NCBI GenBank assembly: GCA_965243135.1
Contig: OZ251539.1
Coordinates: forward strand, 5,504,001 to 5,568,000
Origin: Alphaproteobacteria bacterium
GTDB taxonomy: Bacteria; Pseudomonadota; Alphaproteobacteria; MPNO01; UBA830
Reading direction: 5' to 3'
DNA length: 64,000 nucleotides
Part shown: piece by piece, positions 18,416 through 28,650 of the stretch
How positions within the stretch are numbered: the first letter of the stretch is position 1
Layout of the letters: each line of letters opens with the position of its first letter
The notes under the pieces: model-generated
Seen by the model: the letters and a program-made list of their open reading frames with translations, nothing else
Database searches by the model: none
Told to the model about the DNA's origin: nothing
Program-made: the position numbers and the translations under genes

Positions 18416-21400
18416 ACTCTCGCCCATGCGGCTGCAATCGATGGGGAGGACGGGGCCGCCGTTGCCGGGGCCGTTGCCGGGGCCGCCGTTGCCGGGGCCG
18501 TTGCCGGGGCCGCCGTTGCCGGGGCCGTTGCCGGGGCCGTTGCCGGGGCCGCCGTTGCCGCCATTCCCTTCATCAGGACGGGCGCATTCGCGGTCCCGAA
18601 GTTCCTGCCCGGCGCCACAGCCCGACGGCAGGCCGTCGTACCTCGCATTGCCATCGGTGATCGGCTCGCCGCCGTCACCGAGATCCAAGGGCAGATACCT
18701 GCCGGTGGTGAAATCCCCGGCGGTCTCGACGACGGCGTAGGTTACCTGGCGTCTGGGTGCGTCTGGGTCGTTCGGGTCGGGCCTGCCGACGGTTGTCCCG
18801 CCGTCGGCGACGACGATGCCGCCCCGCACCCTTGCGATGGCGTCAAGGACGCCTTTCCTGGTCAGCGCAGTACCGGCGGCGTAGACGGCCACCTCGTACA
18901 TCCCCCCGCTGGCCTTGAGCCACGAGGCCGCCCCGTTCGCGTTTATGCTGCCCGTCGAAGTGACGGTGACGTTGCCGCCGCCGTCGAGATCGACCGCCGC
19001 GTCCGCGCCGGCGCTGCCCGTCACCGTGCCGTCGATGCGGATCACCGACCGCCCAGGGTCGTTGACCAGGATCGCGGGCCGTCCGGCGCCGGCGAACACC
19101 ATGCCCGTCGCGCCGACCGTCAGCGTACCGCCGCCCACGAGATGCACGGCCGCGTCCGTCCCGCCCCTCACCGTGCCGTTCACCTCGACGGTCTGCTTCA
19201 GGATGCGGTCGCTGCCCGCGCCCGTGCTGCCCGCATTGGCGACGTAGATGCCTGCCCTGGTGCCGGTCACGCTCGCGTCTTCGGCCACGGTGACCTCGAT
19301 GGCGCCGTTGTTGTCGTTGGGCGTCGCGTAGTAGGCGCGGATGCCGTCGCCCCGCGAGGCGGCGATGGAACCGCTGCGCACGTTGACGCGGATGTCGCCG
19401 ACATTGTAGCGGTCGAGCAGCGCCTTCACCAGGCTCCAGTAGTCGCCGTCGTCCGTGGTGTCGTCCGTGAAGCCCGCGGCGGTGAGCGCGGCGTCCACGC
19501 CGTCGTTCGTCGCCACCGCCCGCAGGATCGCCTTCTCCCCGTCCGTGAGGCCCTGCGCCAGGACGTTCCGCAGCAGGGTTCTGCGGCCGGCGTTGTCCAC
19601 GCGCAGGAAGGTCACGATCTGGGCGTCGGTCAGGTCGCTGGCCGCGGTGGTGGCGGTGGTGCCGATGGCGGTGAGGAGCGCCGGCGCGACCGCGATCTCG
19701 TCATTCTCCAGCGCCGCCCGGAACTGGGCGACGTAGGCGTTGTCGGCGACGGTGGCGCCGGTGGGCACGGCCGTCGTCTGCGCCGCGGCGTTCGCGAACG
19801 CGCCCGGGTCGTCGCCCTTCGCCACCACCTCCACCACGTCGCGCCACGATATGGCGTAGGCCTCGATGCCGGCCGGGCCGCCATAGACGCCGCCGCTGCC
19901 CTTGCTGCCCTCCGCCTCCCGGTCGAAGGTCAGCACCTGCCCGGCGCCCGCATTCCCCGCGCCCGCCGTCGCAAAGCGGCCATCGTCGTTGGCCGCGGTC
20001 CCGGTCGTTCCGCGCGCGGTCGCCCCGGACGAGGCGGTGCTGCCCCAGGCGATGTCGATCAGCGGCTGAGGGGCCGACGACGCGCGCGGCGTCACCGTCG
20101 CGGCGGTGGCGCTGGACGCCACCTGGACGACGATGCCCGACCGCCCCGCCGAAAGCGCGCCGGCGGAATGGGTGACGGAGACGGCGCCGGTGGTCGCGGG
20201 CGTCAGGAGCCTGTCGATCCAGATGGCGTTCACCCCCGCCGTGATGGCGCCGCTGTTGTCGATCGTGACGTCGCCCGTCCCGTCGGGCCGCTGGATGCGG
20301 ATGCCGTCCCCTTCCTCCGACGCGATGGTGCCGCTGTTGGTGAGCTCGAAGTCGTCCGCCACGTTCCCTGTCGTCGTCGCGGGCCTGTAGGCGTAGAGGG
20401 CGTGGTTCTTCGAACGCAGGGCGCCTTCGTTGACGATGGTGACGTCGCCGCTGTTGGCGGCGTAGGTTCTTCCGTCGCCGAAGGTGACGCCCTCCGCCAG
20501 ATAGATGGCGTGTCCCAGGTGTTGCGCCGCGTCGCTCGTCACCGTGACGGCGCCGCGGTTCGTGAGTTCGATATCGCCGCCGGAGAGCTTCTTGAGCCGG
20601 ATGCCGAACTCGGACGCGGTGATGGCGCCGGAGTTCGTGAGGGTGACCGCCCGGGCGCTCTGGTTGTCCCAGTACTCGAAGTCGAACTGGATGCCCCGCC
20701 TGACCGTCTGCCCCGCCACCGCGGCGATGTCGCCGCTGTTGTCGAGGCTCATGGCGCCGGCGCCCCAGTTTTGCATCAGGATGCCGACGTAGGGGCCGCC
20801 CAGCGTGATGTCGCCGCTGTTGGTGACGGTCATCGCGCTGGTGAGTTGGCTCCCGCCAATGAACGCGAGGATGCCGTGCGGCAGGTTGTCGCGGTATTGA
20901 TCGTAGTTGGCGGAGGTGGCGGAGGGGTTGCCGACGCCCGAGTGGATGTCGCCGCTGTTGGTGATGGTGGTCGCGTCGTTGGTGCCCCCGCTCGTCCGGA
21001 CAACCCGGATGCCCTGCTTGAAGGCGTAGATGGTCGCCGCGCTGGTGAGGGTGCCGCCGCCGGCGCCTTCGCCAAAGTTGGTACTATGGGCGCGCAGGTA
21101 GAAGAAGATGCCGTGCTGCTTCATCGGGGTGGTCGAACTCCCGATGGTCACCCCGGATCTCACCTCCACCGTCGCCGGCGAGCCGATGCTGTACTGTCGC
21201 ACGTAGATGCCGTTGTTCTGGTTGGCGTCGGTCCCCGAGTTCGTCCCCTGGACGATGTTCACGACGTGGTCGGTCCCGCCCGTCGCGCCCCCGACGTAGA
21301 CCGCCAGGCCCGACACTGAGCTGCTGCGCAGGGCGATGCCGACCTCCTGCGAGCCGGTCGTGATCGTGGTCGGCCCGGTGCTGCGGCCCGGGACGCGGAC

Positions 21401-21628
21401 CGTGGAGCCGGAGTTGAGATTGATGGTCGAGGAGATGTAGCGGATACCGTTGTTATACGCCGCGTTCGAGCAGGTGAGGGTGGGCAAATTTATCGCCCCG
21501 CATTCGGTCTCCGCCCGCGCCTCGTCCGGCGCCAGCAGCAGCGCCGCCGCGAGCAGCGCGGCGCCCAGCGCGCCGGAAACGGGCATGGCCGGCTTCCCGC
21601 CCGCCGCTTCCGGGAGGCGGGCCTTCAT
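17504..21628 (-). CDS. Autotransporter (type Va) adhesin-like protein, 1374 aa
   Basis: Signal peptide ...LLLAPDEARA, Gly/Thr/Asn-rich beta-helix-like passenger (TITNSGDI repeats), C-terminal barrel ending MRF. Confidence 0.92.
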   Translation of the reverse strand: MKARLPEAAGGKPAMPVSGALGAALLAAALLLAPDEARAETECGAINLPTLTCSNAAYNNGIRYISSTINLNSGSTVRVPGRSTGPTTITTGSQEVGIALRSSSVSGLAVYVGGATGGTDHVVNIVQGTNSGTDANQNNGIYVRQYSIGSPATVEVRSGVTIGSSTTPMKQHGIFFYLRAHSTNFGEGAGGGTLTSAATIYAFKQGIRVVRTSGGTNDATTITNSGDIHSGVGNPSATSANYDQYRDNLPHGILAFIGGSQLTSAMTVTNSGDITLGGPYVGILMQNWGAGAMSLDNSGDIAAVAGQTVRRGIQFDFEYWDNQSARAVTLTNSGAITASEFGIRLKKLSGGDIELTNRGAVTVTSDAAQHLGHAIYLAEGVTFGDGRTYAANSGDVTIVNEGALRSKNHALYAYRPATTTGNVADDFELTNSGTIASEEGDGIRIQRPDGTGDVTIDNSGAITAGVNAIWIDRLLTPATTGAVSVTHSAGALSAGRSGIVVQVASSATAATVTPRASSAPQPLIDIAWGSTASSGATARGTTGTAANDDGRFATAGAGNAGAGQVLTFDREAEGSKGSGGVYGGPAGIEAYAISWRDVVEVVAKGDDPGAFANAAAQTTAVPTGATVADNAYVAQFRAALENDEIAVAPALLTAIGTTATTAASDLTDAQIVTFLRVDNAGRRTLLRNVLAQGLTDGEKAILRAVATNDGVDAALTAAGFTDDTTDDGDYWSLVKALLDRYNVGDIRVNVRSGSIAASRGDGIRAYYATPNDNNGAIEVTVAEDASVTGTRAGIYVANAGSTGAGSDRILKQTVEVNGTVRGGTDAAVHLVGGGTLTVGATGMVFAGAGRPAILVNDPGRSVIRIDGTVTGSAGADAAVDLDGGGNVTVTSTGSINANGAASWLKASGGMYEVAVYAAGTALTRKGVLDAIARVRGGIVVADGGTTVGRPDPNDPDAPRRQVTYAVVETAGDFTTGRYLPLDLGDGGEPITDGNARYDGLPSGCGAGQELRDRECARPDEGNGGNGGPGNGPGNGPGNGGPGNGPGNGGPGNGPGNGGPVLPIDCSRMGESCRLYQALPSALLAMNGLPTYGERMAAARDGNGGWVRIDGASGEWKAKNATQQPNAAFDYRRYGVQAGVDFAVGTDGRFGVSVRGLQGSAEMSGSGGEVELSGVGAGTHGTAFLGGGFHVDAQAMATWYDVKLTANQQNMAREMVKRVRKDGAKALGLALGVEVGRRTDMGDGLTVTPGVGLTWSDVSLNFTDVDSHPVSVEDARSLVGRAGLRVEMEDGFRLFGSVEATHEFSDRRSARISGAQVASTPLSATESEKTGFRIGAGGACSWGDGRYALRASAGYAARGIDNGEFDGGISLAMRF
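18451..18558. repeat. In-frame tandem repeat of eight 12/15-bp units encoding a (GNGP/GNGGP)n linker
   Basis: CGGGGCC(GCC)GTTGC x8. Confidence 0.95.
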
Positions 21629-21651
21629 TCCGGGACACCCATGCGCGCAGC

Positions 21652-21663
21652 GGGGGGGGGGGG
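21652..21663. repeat. Poly-G/C tract (12 nt) 23 bp upstream of the autotransporter start
   Basis: Seen directly. Confidence 0.85.
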
Positions 21664-21799
21664 ATTATGCGGTCAGTGCTTCCGGCCATTCTCGAAACCC
21701 TCTTCTCTCGTCAAGGTCATGCTCGTATGCATAAACGTAATCCGTGAACGACGCAAGCTTCTTGCACGGCGGTTTTATTCTCCCCAAGAAAATTGATGG

Positions 21800-22480
21800 A
21801 GCCGTGGCTGCATGGTCCTCAACGCAGCTCGACCGGGACCGTCCGTCGCCGGCCAGCACCAAAGGTGACCGCCGCGCCGCGGGCGTGCTTGCCGATGCGC
21901 TGCGGACCGGCCTATTCAGGCGACTCGGCGCAGCCGAAAGCGATTGAACTCAGGGAGCGAATCGCCGAGGATCTGACGCGGCTTCGGTTGGCGAATCGCA
22001 AGCAGTTGTGGCGCACGCAGTTTCTCAAGCTGACCGGCGACCCCTTCAGGGAGCGGATCCGCGACTTGTGGAAACTCGCGCCGACCCCCGGCCCGGGCCT
22101 GCCGCGGAAGACCGTCGAGCGCCTCTTCAAGCGCCATCGCAGGCGGTCAGCCAGCGAGGTCACAGTGGCAATCGCGCGAGCGAGCGATCCCCCCTTGCGG
22201 TGGGAACGAGCCGCTGTCGAGAACGGCGGCGAGCGGATGCCGATGACGCGGCGGCAGCTGGTCAATCGCGAGCGGTTGATCTGCCGATATGGAAGAACCC
22301 GGCTCGGGGACGGCAGGGCAGTGTGTCGTCCTGTCCTCGCCTCCAAGGGTTGGCAGAATTGTCGTCGCCATGCCGCTTGCAGAAGCTCTCTTGCGCCGCA
22401 GAGACGCCTTGCGCTGTGTCGGCCGGTCACGCGCCGGTCAGGCAGAAGCGTCTTCGTCCGTCTCGCCAAGCGCTTCCGTA
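21800..22480 (+). mobile_element. IS110-family transposase relic
   Basis: QLDRDRPSPASTKGDRRAAGVLADALRT / IELRE.IAEDLTRLRLANRKQLWR...DLWKLAPTP resembles IS110 QLDRFRDRFSPAGAKDDRRDA.VLADALRTD. Confidence 0.65.
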
Positions 22481-22708
22481 TCGCTGGACCCGCACCTCCG
22501 TGCAACATGATCGATCAGCAAGTACGCTGCGCTCCGTGCCCGCGGATGCGAGCACGCCCGGGTACTCCGCAGCGTCGCCGTCCGCCTCTCCCGATCAAGG
22601 ATGTACAGTTGAACTCCTGCCAGGAGGCGGAGTCTCAACACCGTCACCCCATGACCGAACGCTCACGCGGGAATTGCTGTTACGATACCTCATACTGGGA
22701 GACGAGAA

Positions 22709-23503
22709 ATGAAATCGAGAATTCCGGTGGCGGCGATGCGTCACGCTGGCACACGCCTGAAGGTTTCGACCGAAGATGGATTTCGGAACGAAATTCGTTC
22801 TTGGAACGGAGAATCGGACGGTCTTTTTTGGTCGGACGGCCCTGTTTTGGACGCAGAATTGGACGGTCTTGCCAAGCTGAAGGCATGGGCTGGACGCGGA
22901 TTGACGCCCCTGCATTTGGCAGCAGCGTTCGGCGACTTCTCCGTGCCGCTTCCGCAGCAAGATAATAATCTTGTTTACTTGGACGAAGGCTATTACCAGC
23001 CCCCTGGCTCGTCCTCTCCTTGGTTCACGGAGGAAGTGCTTTCCATCAAGGCGATGGCGACGGCCCGGACTGAACGCGGATGGACGCCCTTGCATTTCGC
23101 GGCGATGTTCAGGGAGGATAACTTCAGCTTGACATGGCGCTGCCTAAATCATGCGATGGCGACGGCCCGGACCGAACGCGGATGGACACCCCTGCATTTC
23201 GCGGCCGAATACAACAAGCACCCTTCCACGGTGGAAATACTGCTTGATCCGTTGGGTGATACTAGGCCGCGCAGGCATCGCAGGAGGCTTCTGAATGCCC
23301 GGGATGAAGACGGATCGACGCCTCTGCATTTGGCGGCAGCATTCAGCGAGACCCCTTCTGTGGTTGAGAAGCTGTTGGAGGCGGGGGCGAACCCTAAAGC
23401 GAAGAACGCAAAAGGCAGGATCCCCTGGGATCTGATCTCCGACGATTCTCCCCTCAAGGGAACGGATGTCTATTGGTGGCTCCGCGAAGGGCGCTTCGAA
23501 TAA
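22709..23503 (+). CDS. Ankyrin-repeat protein
   Basis: GLTPLHLAA, two GWTPLHFAA, NARDEDGSTPLHLAA, LLEAGANPKAKNAKG; ~55-bp internal duplication (23051/23153). Confidence 0.85.
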   Translation: MKSRIPVAAMRHAGTRLKVSTEDGFRNEIRSWNGESDGLFWSDGPVLDAELDGLAKLKAWAGRGLTPLHLAAAFGDFSVPLPQQDNNLVYLDEGYYQPPGSSSPWFTEEVLSIKAMATARTERGWTPLHFAAMFREDNFSLTWRCLNHAMATARTERGWTPLHFAAEYNKHPSTVEILLDPLGDTRPRRHRRRLLNARDEDGSTPLHLAAAFSETPSVVEKLLEAGANPKAKNAKGRIPWDLISDDSPLKGTDVYWWLREGRFE

Positions 23504-23729
23504 CGATCCGATCATCCTGCGGCGGACAGGTTCTGGAAAGAGTTGTAACAAACCCGGCGATTCCCGCTAAGGCCTGAAACTACAGAACGAAGGATACGGC
23601 AAAGAGCTCACATAGCGGGCAGCCCATGGTGCTGAAGGAGACGTTGCGGTCCTTTGGGCCGACAATCGTGCAGCGACCGACCGTTCGTCGGCTCCGATTG
23701 TTTAACTTGTTGCCGGCCAGTGGACATGC

Positions 23730-24528
23730 AGGCCGTCCGTCGCAGGCTCTCGTCGCCGCGGCGGTCGTACCGTGCTGCGGTGTGCGGGCTGGCGTGTCCG
23801 GCGAGACGCTGGACGATCGCGAGATCGGCGTCGGCCTTGAGCAGGTCGCTGACGAACGTCCGGCGCAGGTCGTGCGGATTGCAGGGCGCGATGTTCGCTT
23901 GCTTGGACCGCCGTTTCAGCCGCGTCATGACGGCTTGCGGCGTCATGGTCCGCATGGTTACGCCTCCAGCCTTGTTGACCGGGCAAAGCAGTGGTCCCGG
24001 GGCGGAGCCGCGAACGGCGGTCCCGGCATCGACCGTGCGTCTCGCTCCCGCGCAGGCGAATACGGTGCGCTCCCTGTTCCCCTTGCCGAGCACGATGATC
24101 GCGCCGGTGCTCCGACCATAGTCGGCAAGTCGAAGGCAGCCTGCTTCCCTTCACGCGGGAGATGTCGACGGCTCGCATGTAGTCTTCGGTGCCGATCTGT
24201 CCGATGCGCCAGGCTGGCCTTCGGAACGCCCCGCAGCGCGGACAGGTACCTGGTGGCGGCGGCGGGAGCTAAGCCGGGCGGCCGCTGCCGAGCGCACGGC
24301 GGCCATGTGCTGGAACCGGAATTCATGCCATGGGACGGTGGCCGCGTCTGGAAAGCCCGCGAGCGCGGCGACCCGGTCGAGAGTGTAGCGCATGCTGTCG
24401 CGGCCGGGCCCGGCGGCGAGGCCGGCGAGGTAGACGGCGGCCGGATTCTCGTCCGCCTTCGCGGCCGGATCCCCGGTGAGGGCCGGGAACGGACAATCCG
24501 CGGAAGGTTTTTCACGCTGACGGGGCAT
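23730..24528 (-). pseudogene. Decayed tyrosine recombinase paralog
   Basis: ENPAAVYLAGL, MRAVDISRVKGSRLP, LGKGNRERTVF, HDLRRTFVSDLL...ARYDRR in different frames. Confidence 0.9.
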
Positions 24529-24611
24529 TGCCGAGGTGGGATGAAATATCGGGCGATAGCTGCTGTGGAGCGAGAACACAGTCTTGATCAAGGAGAAAAG
24601 CGTGCGGCGAC

Positions 24612-25421
24612 TCAGGTCAACAGCGCCCGAATTACCTTCACATAAATACTTCCAGGCCCGTTACATTTGATCGTATTTCTGCCATCGGCACCGAAGGAAG
24701 ATTGCCAGAACGCGACGCCGAACAAGAATGGCGATCCAACTGGTAGCGGTGCGGTCAATTTTTTGCTCATTGGAAAAATCCAGAGTCCGCCGCCGCTGAG
24801 TCCGGCAAAACTTTCTGGTCCATCATATAAGGGATTTTTCTCCGCTACGAAATCCACGTAGTCAAATTCCTCTTCGAGATACTTTCTTCTTATGCTCCCG
24901 ACGCAGCCCATTATTTCAATATCTTGTTTCTCCTGTCCGTCAATAATCTCCGGCTCCCATTCTGCAGGTACGCCTAGTAGTAGAGCGAGGCGAAAATAAT
25001 CTTGCGATGGATCAAAGGAATTGCGGCGGGATTCAAGATTGTAGAAATTTATGGAGGATGACAATCCGGTATCGGGTTTGGGCAGAACAAGGAGGCCAAG
25101 ATCAGGGCCGTTCATTTCATCGTCTCCTCTCCCGACCCTCCTCTTCTCGCAATATTCCATCTGGATTACAGGAGCGGGTGCCTTTAATCCAAACCGCTCA
25201 AGGTAACTCAGCCCGACAGGTCCCCTGTCCGGCAAGGCATCCAGGACATGATCAGCAGTGAGTATCGCTTTCGTAGTCCCCGCCGACACAAACGTGCCGG
25301 AGCCGGAGCGTTGCCATCGACCCTGCCTGTCTTGACTAAAGAACCCGATTGCATATTGTGCCGTTTCGTCGGAGACAAGATTGGCGCATAGGGCATTTTT
25401 CAAAGTCATGAAGTTTGCCAT
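24612..25421 (-). CDS. Trypsin-like (S1) serine protease
   Basis: GSGTFV, ILTADHV (His), DLGLLVL (Asp), GLSGGGLW (Ser); AGGAG RBS; lower GC; no signal peptide. Confidence 0.8.
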   Translation of the reverse strand: MANFMTLKNALCANLVSDETAQYAIGFFSQDRQGRWQRSGSGTFVSAGTTKAILTADHVLDALPDRGPVGLSYLERFGLKAPAPVIQMEYCEKRRVGRGDDEMNGPDLGLLVLPKPDTGLSSSINFYNLESRRNSFDPSQDYFRLALLLGVPAEWEPEIIDGQEKQDIEIMGCVGSIRRKYLEEEFDYVDFVAEKNPLYDGPESFAGLSGGGLWIFPMSKKLTAPLPVGSPFLFGVAFWQSSFGADGRNTIKCNGPGSIYVKVIRALLT

Positions 25422-25939
25422 GGAACGCTTCTCCTGAACGATGAACGCGTCGCATGCGTCCGTGTTGAGGCAGGACGGGTGGACCGGCGGGATAACGATG
25501 CTGTACTGGGGCCAGAACGCATTCGTCGTCCTGCCTCGGAGGGTAAGTGCTGAATCCAACAGTGCCGCCGACTTCGAAGGTTAAGTTATATAGGTGCCCA
25601 TATCAAGACTACCGCGTCATTCTGGTGGTTGCCGACAGGTCTTGGGACTCGCGCTGGCGGCCAGAGAATCCGGCGTAGGGCCAGCATTGCCGTCGGGCGG
25701 CATGAGCAGCGATCCTGAGATGCGCGGACGCTTCCGTGCGGTGCCGTCGAAAACTCGCTAGTTCCTCGGTTTGTTTTCTTGACAGAGAACTACCGCCGCG
25801 CAATATCAAGACAGCCATGGTGGTTCGCAAACCGGAAGACACCCTCCCTCGGCGCTTGTCTGGCAAGCTCGCGAGGGGATCCTCAAATATTTTGATTAAA
25901 ATCCGCAGAAAATCTGTGCATATCCCTGCACAGCCACAC

Positions 25940-26025
25940 GAACATGTCGGTAACGAAGGTTCTGCCCAAGTCGTGAGAGCTACAGGAAGCGATGCCCGCC
26001 TGTTCGCGTCGATGCTTCAGCTGCG
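25940..26025 (-). pseudogene. Small tyrosine recombinase fragment
   Basis: LKHRREQAGIASCSSHDLGRTFVTDM. Confidence 0.7.
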
Positions 26026-26174
26026 AGGGGTGTTCGCCTCCAGTCGGGCTACGTCCTTCTTGCGGTGATCGTCCCAAAGGCCCGGCACCTTGACTCACCG
26101 GACAACCCGACCCCATACTGCCCTCACGACGGAGATTGCCGACCGCCTGTGCTCACTTGGGAGTTGATTTGGGG

Positions 26175-27764
26175 GGGTGTAAATCTGGCATGGTAAAACC
26201 TAAAGCCCGTAATGCGTTGATTCTGAAAGATTTATATGACCAGGGCCAAGGGCCTTATCGTCGGAATCATCATTTTCGTGACAATGAGCCGACCCAGGCG
26301 GGAATTTTGTCACGGGCAGCGGGTCGGGGGGGGGGCAAAAAAGGGAATGCTCCAGACCGCAAAATGCGGTAGAATGTTGTCATTGAAACCCCAACATCAG
26401 GAGCATTCCCATGTCAGTCTCGCAGTCTTCCTTGTCCATTGATTTTTCCGGTCTGCCTGCCGCGACCGTCGAGGCGTTCCGGTCAGCCGCAGCGTTCATT
26501 CGCGAGCGGATCAGTCAGCAGGACCAAGGTTCCGAGGCGTTCGCCGGCTTCGAGGCCGAGTTGATGGAGAAGGCCTTTGCGGTCTGCCGCACTGCGCTGT
26601 GCGATTACATTGAGGCAAGGGACGAGAGGGACGGCCCGTCGCGGAGGGACGGTCAAGTCTGTTACAGGATGCCGCCGACGCGGAAAACCATCAATACATT
26701 GTTTGGTCAGGTAACGTTCTCCCGCTCGCGCTACCGCATGTTCCCGGGAACCGTTGTGCCCGTCGATGACAGCCTGGGGTTGATCGACGGTTATTTAACG
26801 ATTCCAGCGGCTTACCGTGCTCTCCTGGTTGTCGACCACTGCACGCCGAGGGACGCGGCGGAACTCTTTCGAAAGCTGGGCGGCATGAATCCGTCGGCGA
26901 GCCACCTCCAGCGTCTCTCCGCGACGGCGGGCAAACTCTGGAAAGAAAAGGGTGAGGCGGCTTTGGACGAGATTCGCAAGGCAACGCAGGCGGAAGCGGT
27001 TTCGTTCGCTGTCTCACTCGATGGCGTCATGGTTGCGATGCAGCCAGACGAAGAGCGCAAGGAAGCGTGCTGGCGCGAGGCGTCGCACGATCAGTTTCCA
27101 TGATGGTAACCGTACGTTGTATTTTGCACAGATGCCGGAGGCTGGCAAGGTCACACTGAAGTCGCAGCTCAGAAGTCGCTACGGGAAACGCGGCCCGACC
27201 TCCGACTCGTTGCCGTTGCCGATGCTGCCGTCGACAATTGGACATTTCTCGAAGGCGCCTGACGAGCAGGCCGTCGATTTTTTTCATGCATGCGAGCATC
27301 TCGGTGTTGTTGCCGACCATGCGGTCGCGGCCGGCTGGTACGAAAAATACCGCAAGGTCCTGCTTGACGACGCCAAAGGCGTGGACAAGGTCGGCGATCC
27401 GCCATCTTCGAGACAGAGCGACGACAGCGACGGCGCTCAAGGATCTTGAACGCGAACTGAGGTTTTTCCAGAAGCACCGGCGTCGCATGCGCTATGCGGT
27501 CCTGAAGGCCGGAGGCTACGCTATTGGGTCAGGCGTGGTTGAGGCAGCCAACAAAGTGCTGGTCGCTCAACGCATGAAGCGGGCCGGCATGCGTTGGAGC
27601 GTTGAAGGCGGTCAAAACATCCTTACCTTCAGAGCGCTGCCCGGCCGTTTCGAACAAGCATGGGAAGCGATGGTCGGGGCCTGGGCCGCGAACGACAACC
27701 AGGGGAGAAGCGTCATCGCAGCTTAGGCACTGAAGGATATTTTTTCCATACGAGATTCACACCC
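26175..27764 (+). mobile_element. ISKra4/ISLre2-like insertion sequence with terminal inverted repeats and target duplication
   Basis: IRL GGGTGTAAATCTGGCATGG, IRR (reverse complement) GGGTGTGAATCTCGTATGG; TTTGGGG duplicated at 26168-26174 and 27765-27771. Confidence 0.8.
26411..27726 (+). pseudogene. Frameshifted ISKra4/ISLre2-like DDE transposase
   Basis: AVSLDGVMV, VDFFHACEHL, IGSGVVEAANKVLVAQRMKRAGMRWS spread over three frames. Confidence 0.85.
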
Positions 27765-27849
27765 TTTGGGGGAGAACGATAGCTATCGTTGCAAGCAAGC
27801 GGTGTAAGGTACAGGATGACATTGAACAGAAATACATGGAGGAAATGAA

Positions 27850-28350
27850 ATGCTATTTGACGTGCATCAATTCGTGATCGAAGATTTGGATGATATCCAA
27901 GGAAAGGGAATCTGGGAGAAAATCGAAGAAGAAGAAAATAAGCCCGGTTTGAGAAATGCGAGTGGTTGCTATATTTTTTCAATCAGGAACGGAAGAAATT
28001 TCAAGACTTGGTATGTCGGAAAATCTGAAAAGACACGTTTTTATGCCGAGGTTTTTAATAAAAATAATATGATAAAATGTAAAGAACTCTTGAAAAAAAA
28101 TGGAGAGCTTAACCTGTTCTTGCTGCCAAAACTTACCCCTACAGGAAGATTCGGAAAACCCAGAGAAAGTCGCACCGTGCAGCATCTTGAGTGGATGCTC
28201 ATTGGTTATGCGCTTCAGCAGAACGGGGATCTCTTCAACAAGAGTCACGCCCAGATGCTCAAGCAGCTGGAAGTTCCAGGTCTCTTCGGAGACGGGCCGG
28301 GTCCTAAGCCGTTGAAGGTCCAGAATTTCAGGCGCACTCTCGGGCTTTAA
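27850..28350 (+). CDS. GIY-YIG-like nuclease domain protein, copy B
   Basis: GCYIF...WYVGKS...RF...HLE...N; GGAGG RBS; AT-rich. Confidence 0.72.
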   Translation: MLFDVHQFVIEDLDDIQGKGIWEKIEEEENKPGLRNASGCYIFSIRNGRNFKTWYVGKSEKTRFYAEVFNKNNMIKCKELLKKNGELNLFLLPKLTPTGRFGKPRESRTVQHLEWMLIGYALQQNGDLFNKSHAQMLKQLEVPGLFGDGPGPKPLKVQNFRRTLGL

Positions 28351-28461
28351 GGGAGCAAGCGTCGCGGCGCGGCCTTCCCTGATTCCGTCCCTCCGCCAGC
28401 GTAGCATGACACTCAGTAACAGAACACAGTGATCGGTGCCTCCGTTTGCAACACTGCACTT

Positions 28462-28650
28462 TCAAGGTACCTTTACGACAACTCTACAATAAGTTTGCGG
28501 TGTATCGTTGCGGAGCTTGATCTCGCAGTCGACTATGTCTGCTCCGTATTTTTCCAGACATGGTCCTTCCATCCGTTCGTGGGGTCGTGCCGCGGCAGAA
28601 TTCCCGTCTGCGCCTGCAAGAAAAGCCGGAGCAGCAACAGGCAGATCGCT
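28462..28650 (-). pseudogene. Second 3' fragment of the terminal operon gene
   Basis: Homologous to 29827-30010. Confidence 0.8.

Noticed and set aside
18451-18558. Possible CRISPR array
   Set aside because: Contiguous 12/15-bp in-frame units with no unique spacers; they encode a GNGP linker; no cas genes in the window
17306-21319. 1337-aa plus-strand ORF and similar long ORFs (29771-32653, 32065-35208, 53872-56223)
   Set aside because: Antisense shadows of real genes in very high-GC DNA; Arg/Ala/Pro-rich with no motifs
23051-23205. Diversity-generating retroelement TR/VR pair
   Set aside because: The duplication is an ankyrin-repeat unit; differences are not adenine-specific and there is no reverse transcriptase
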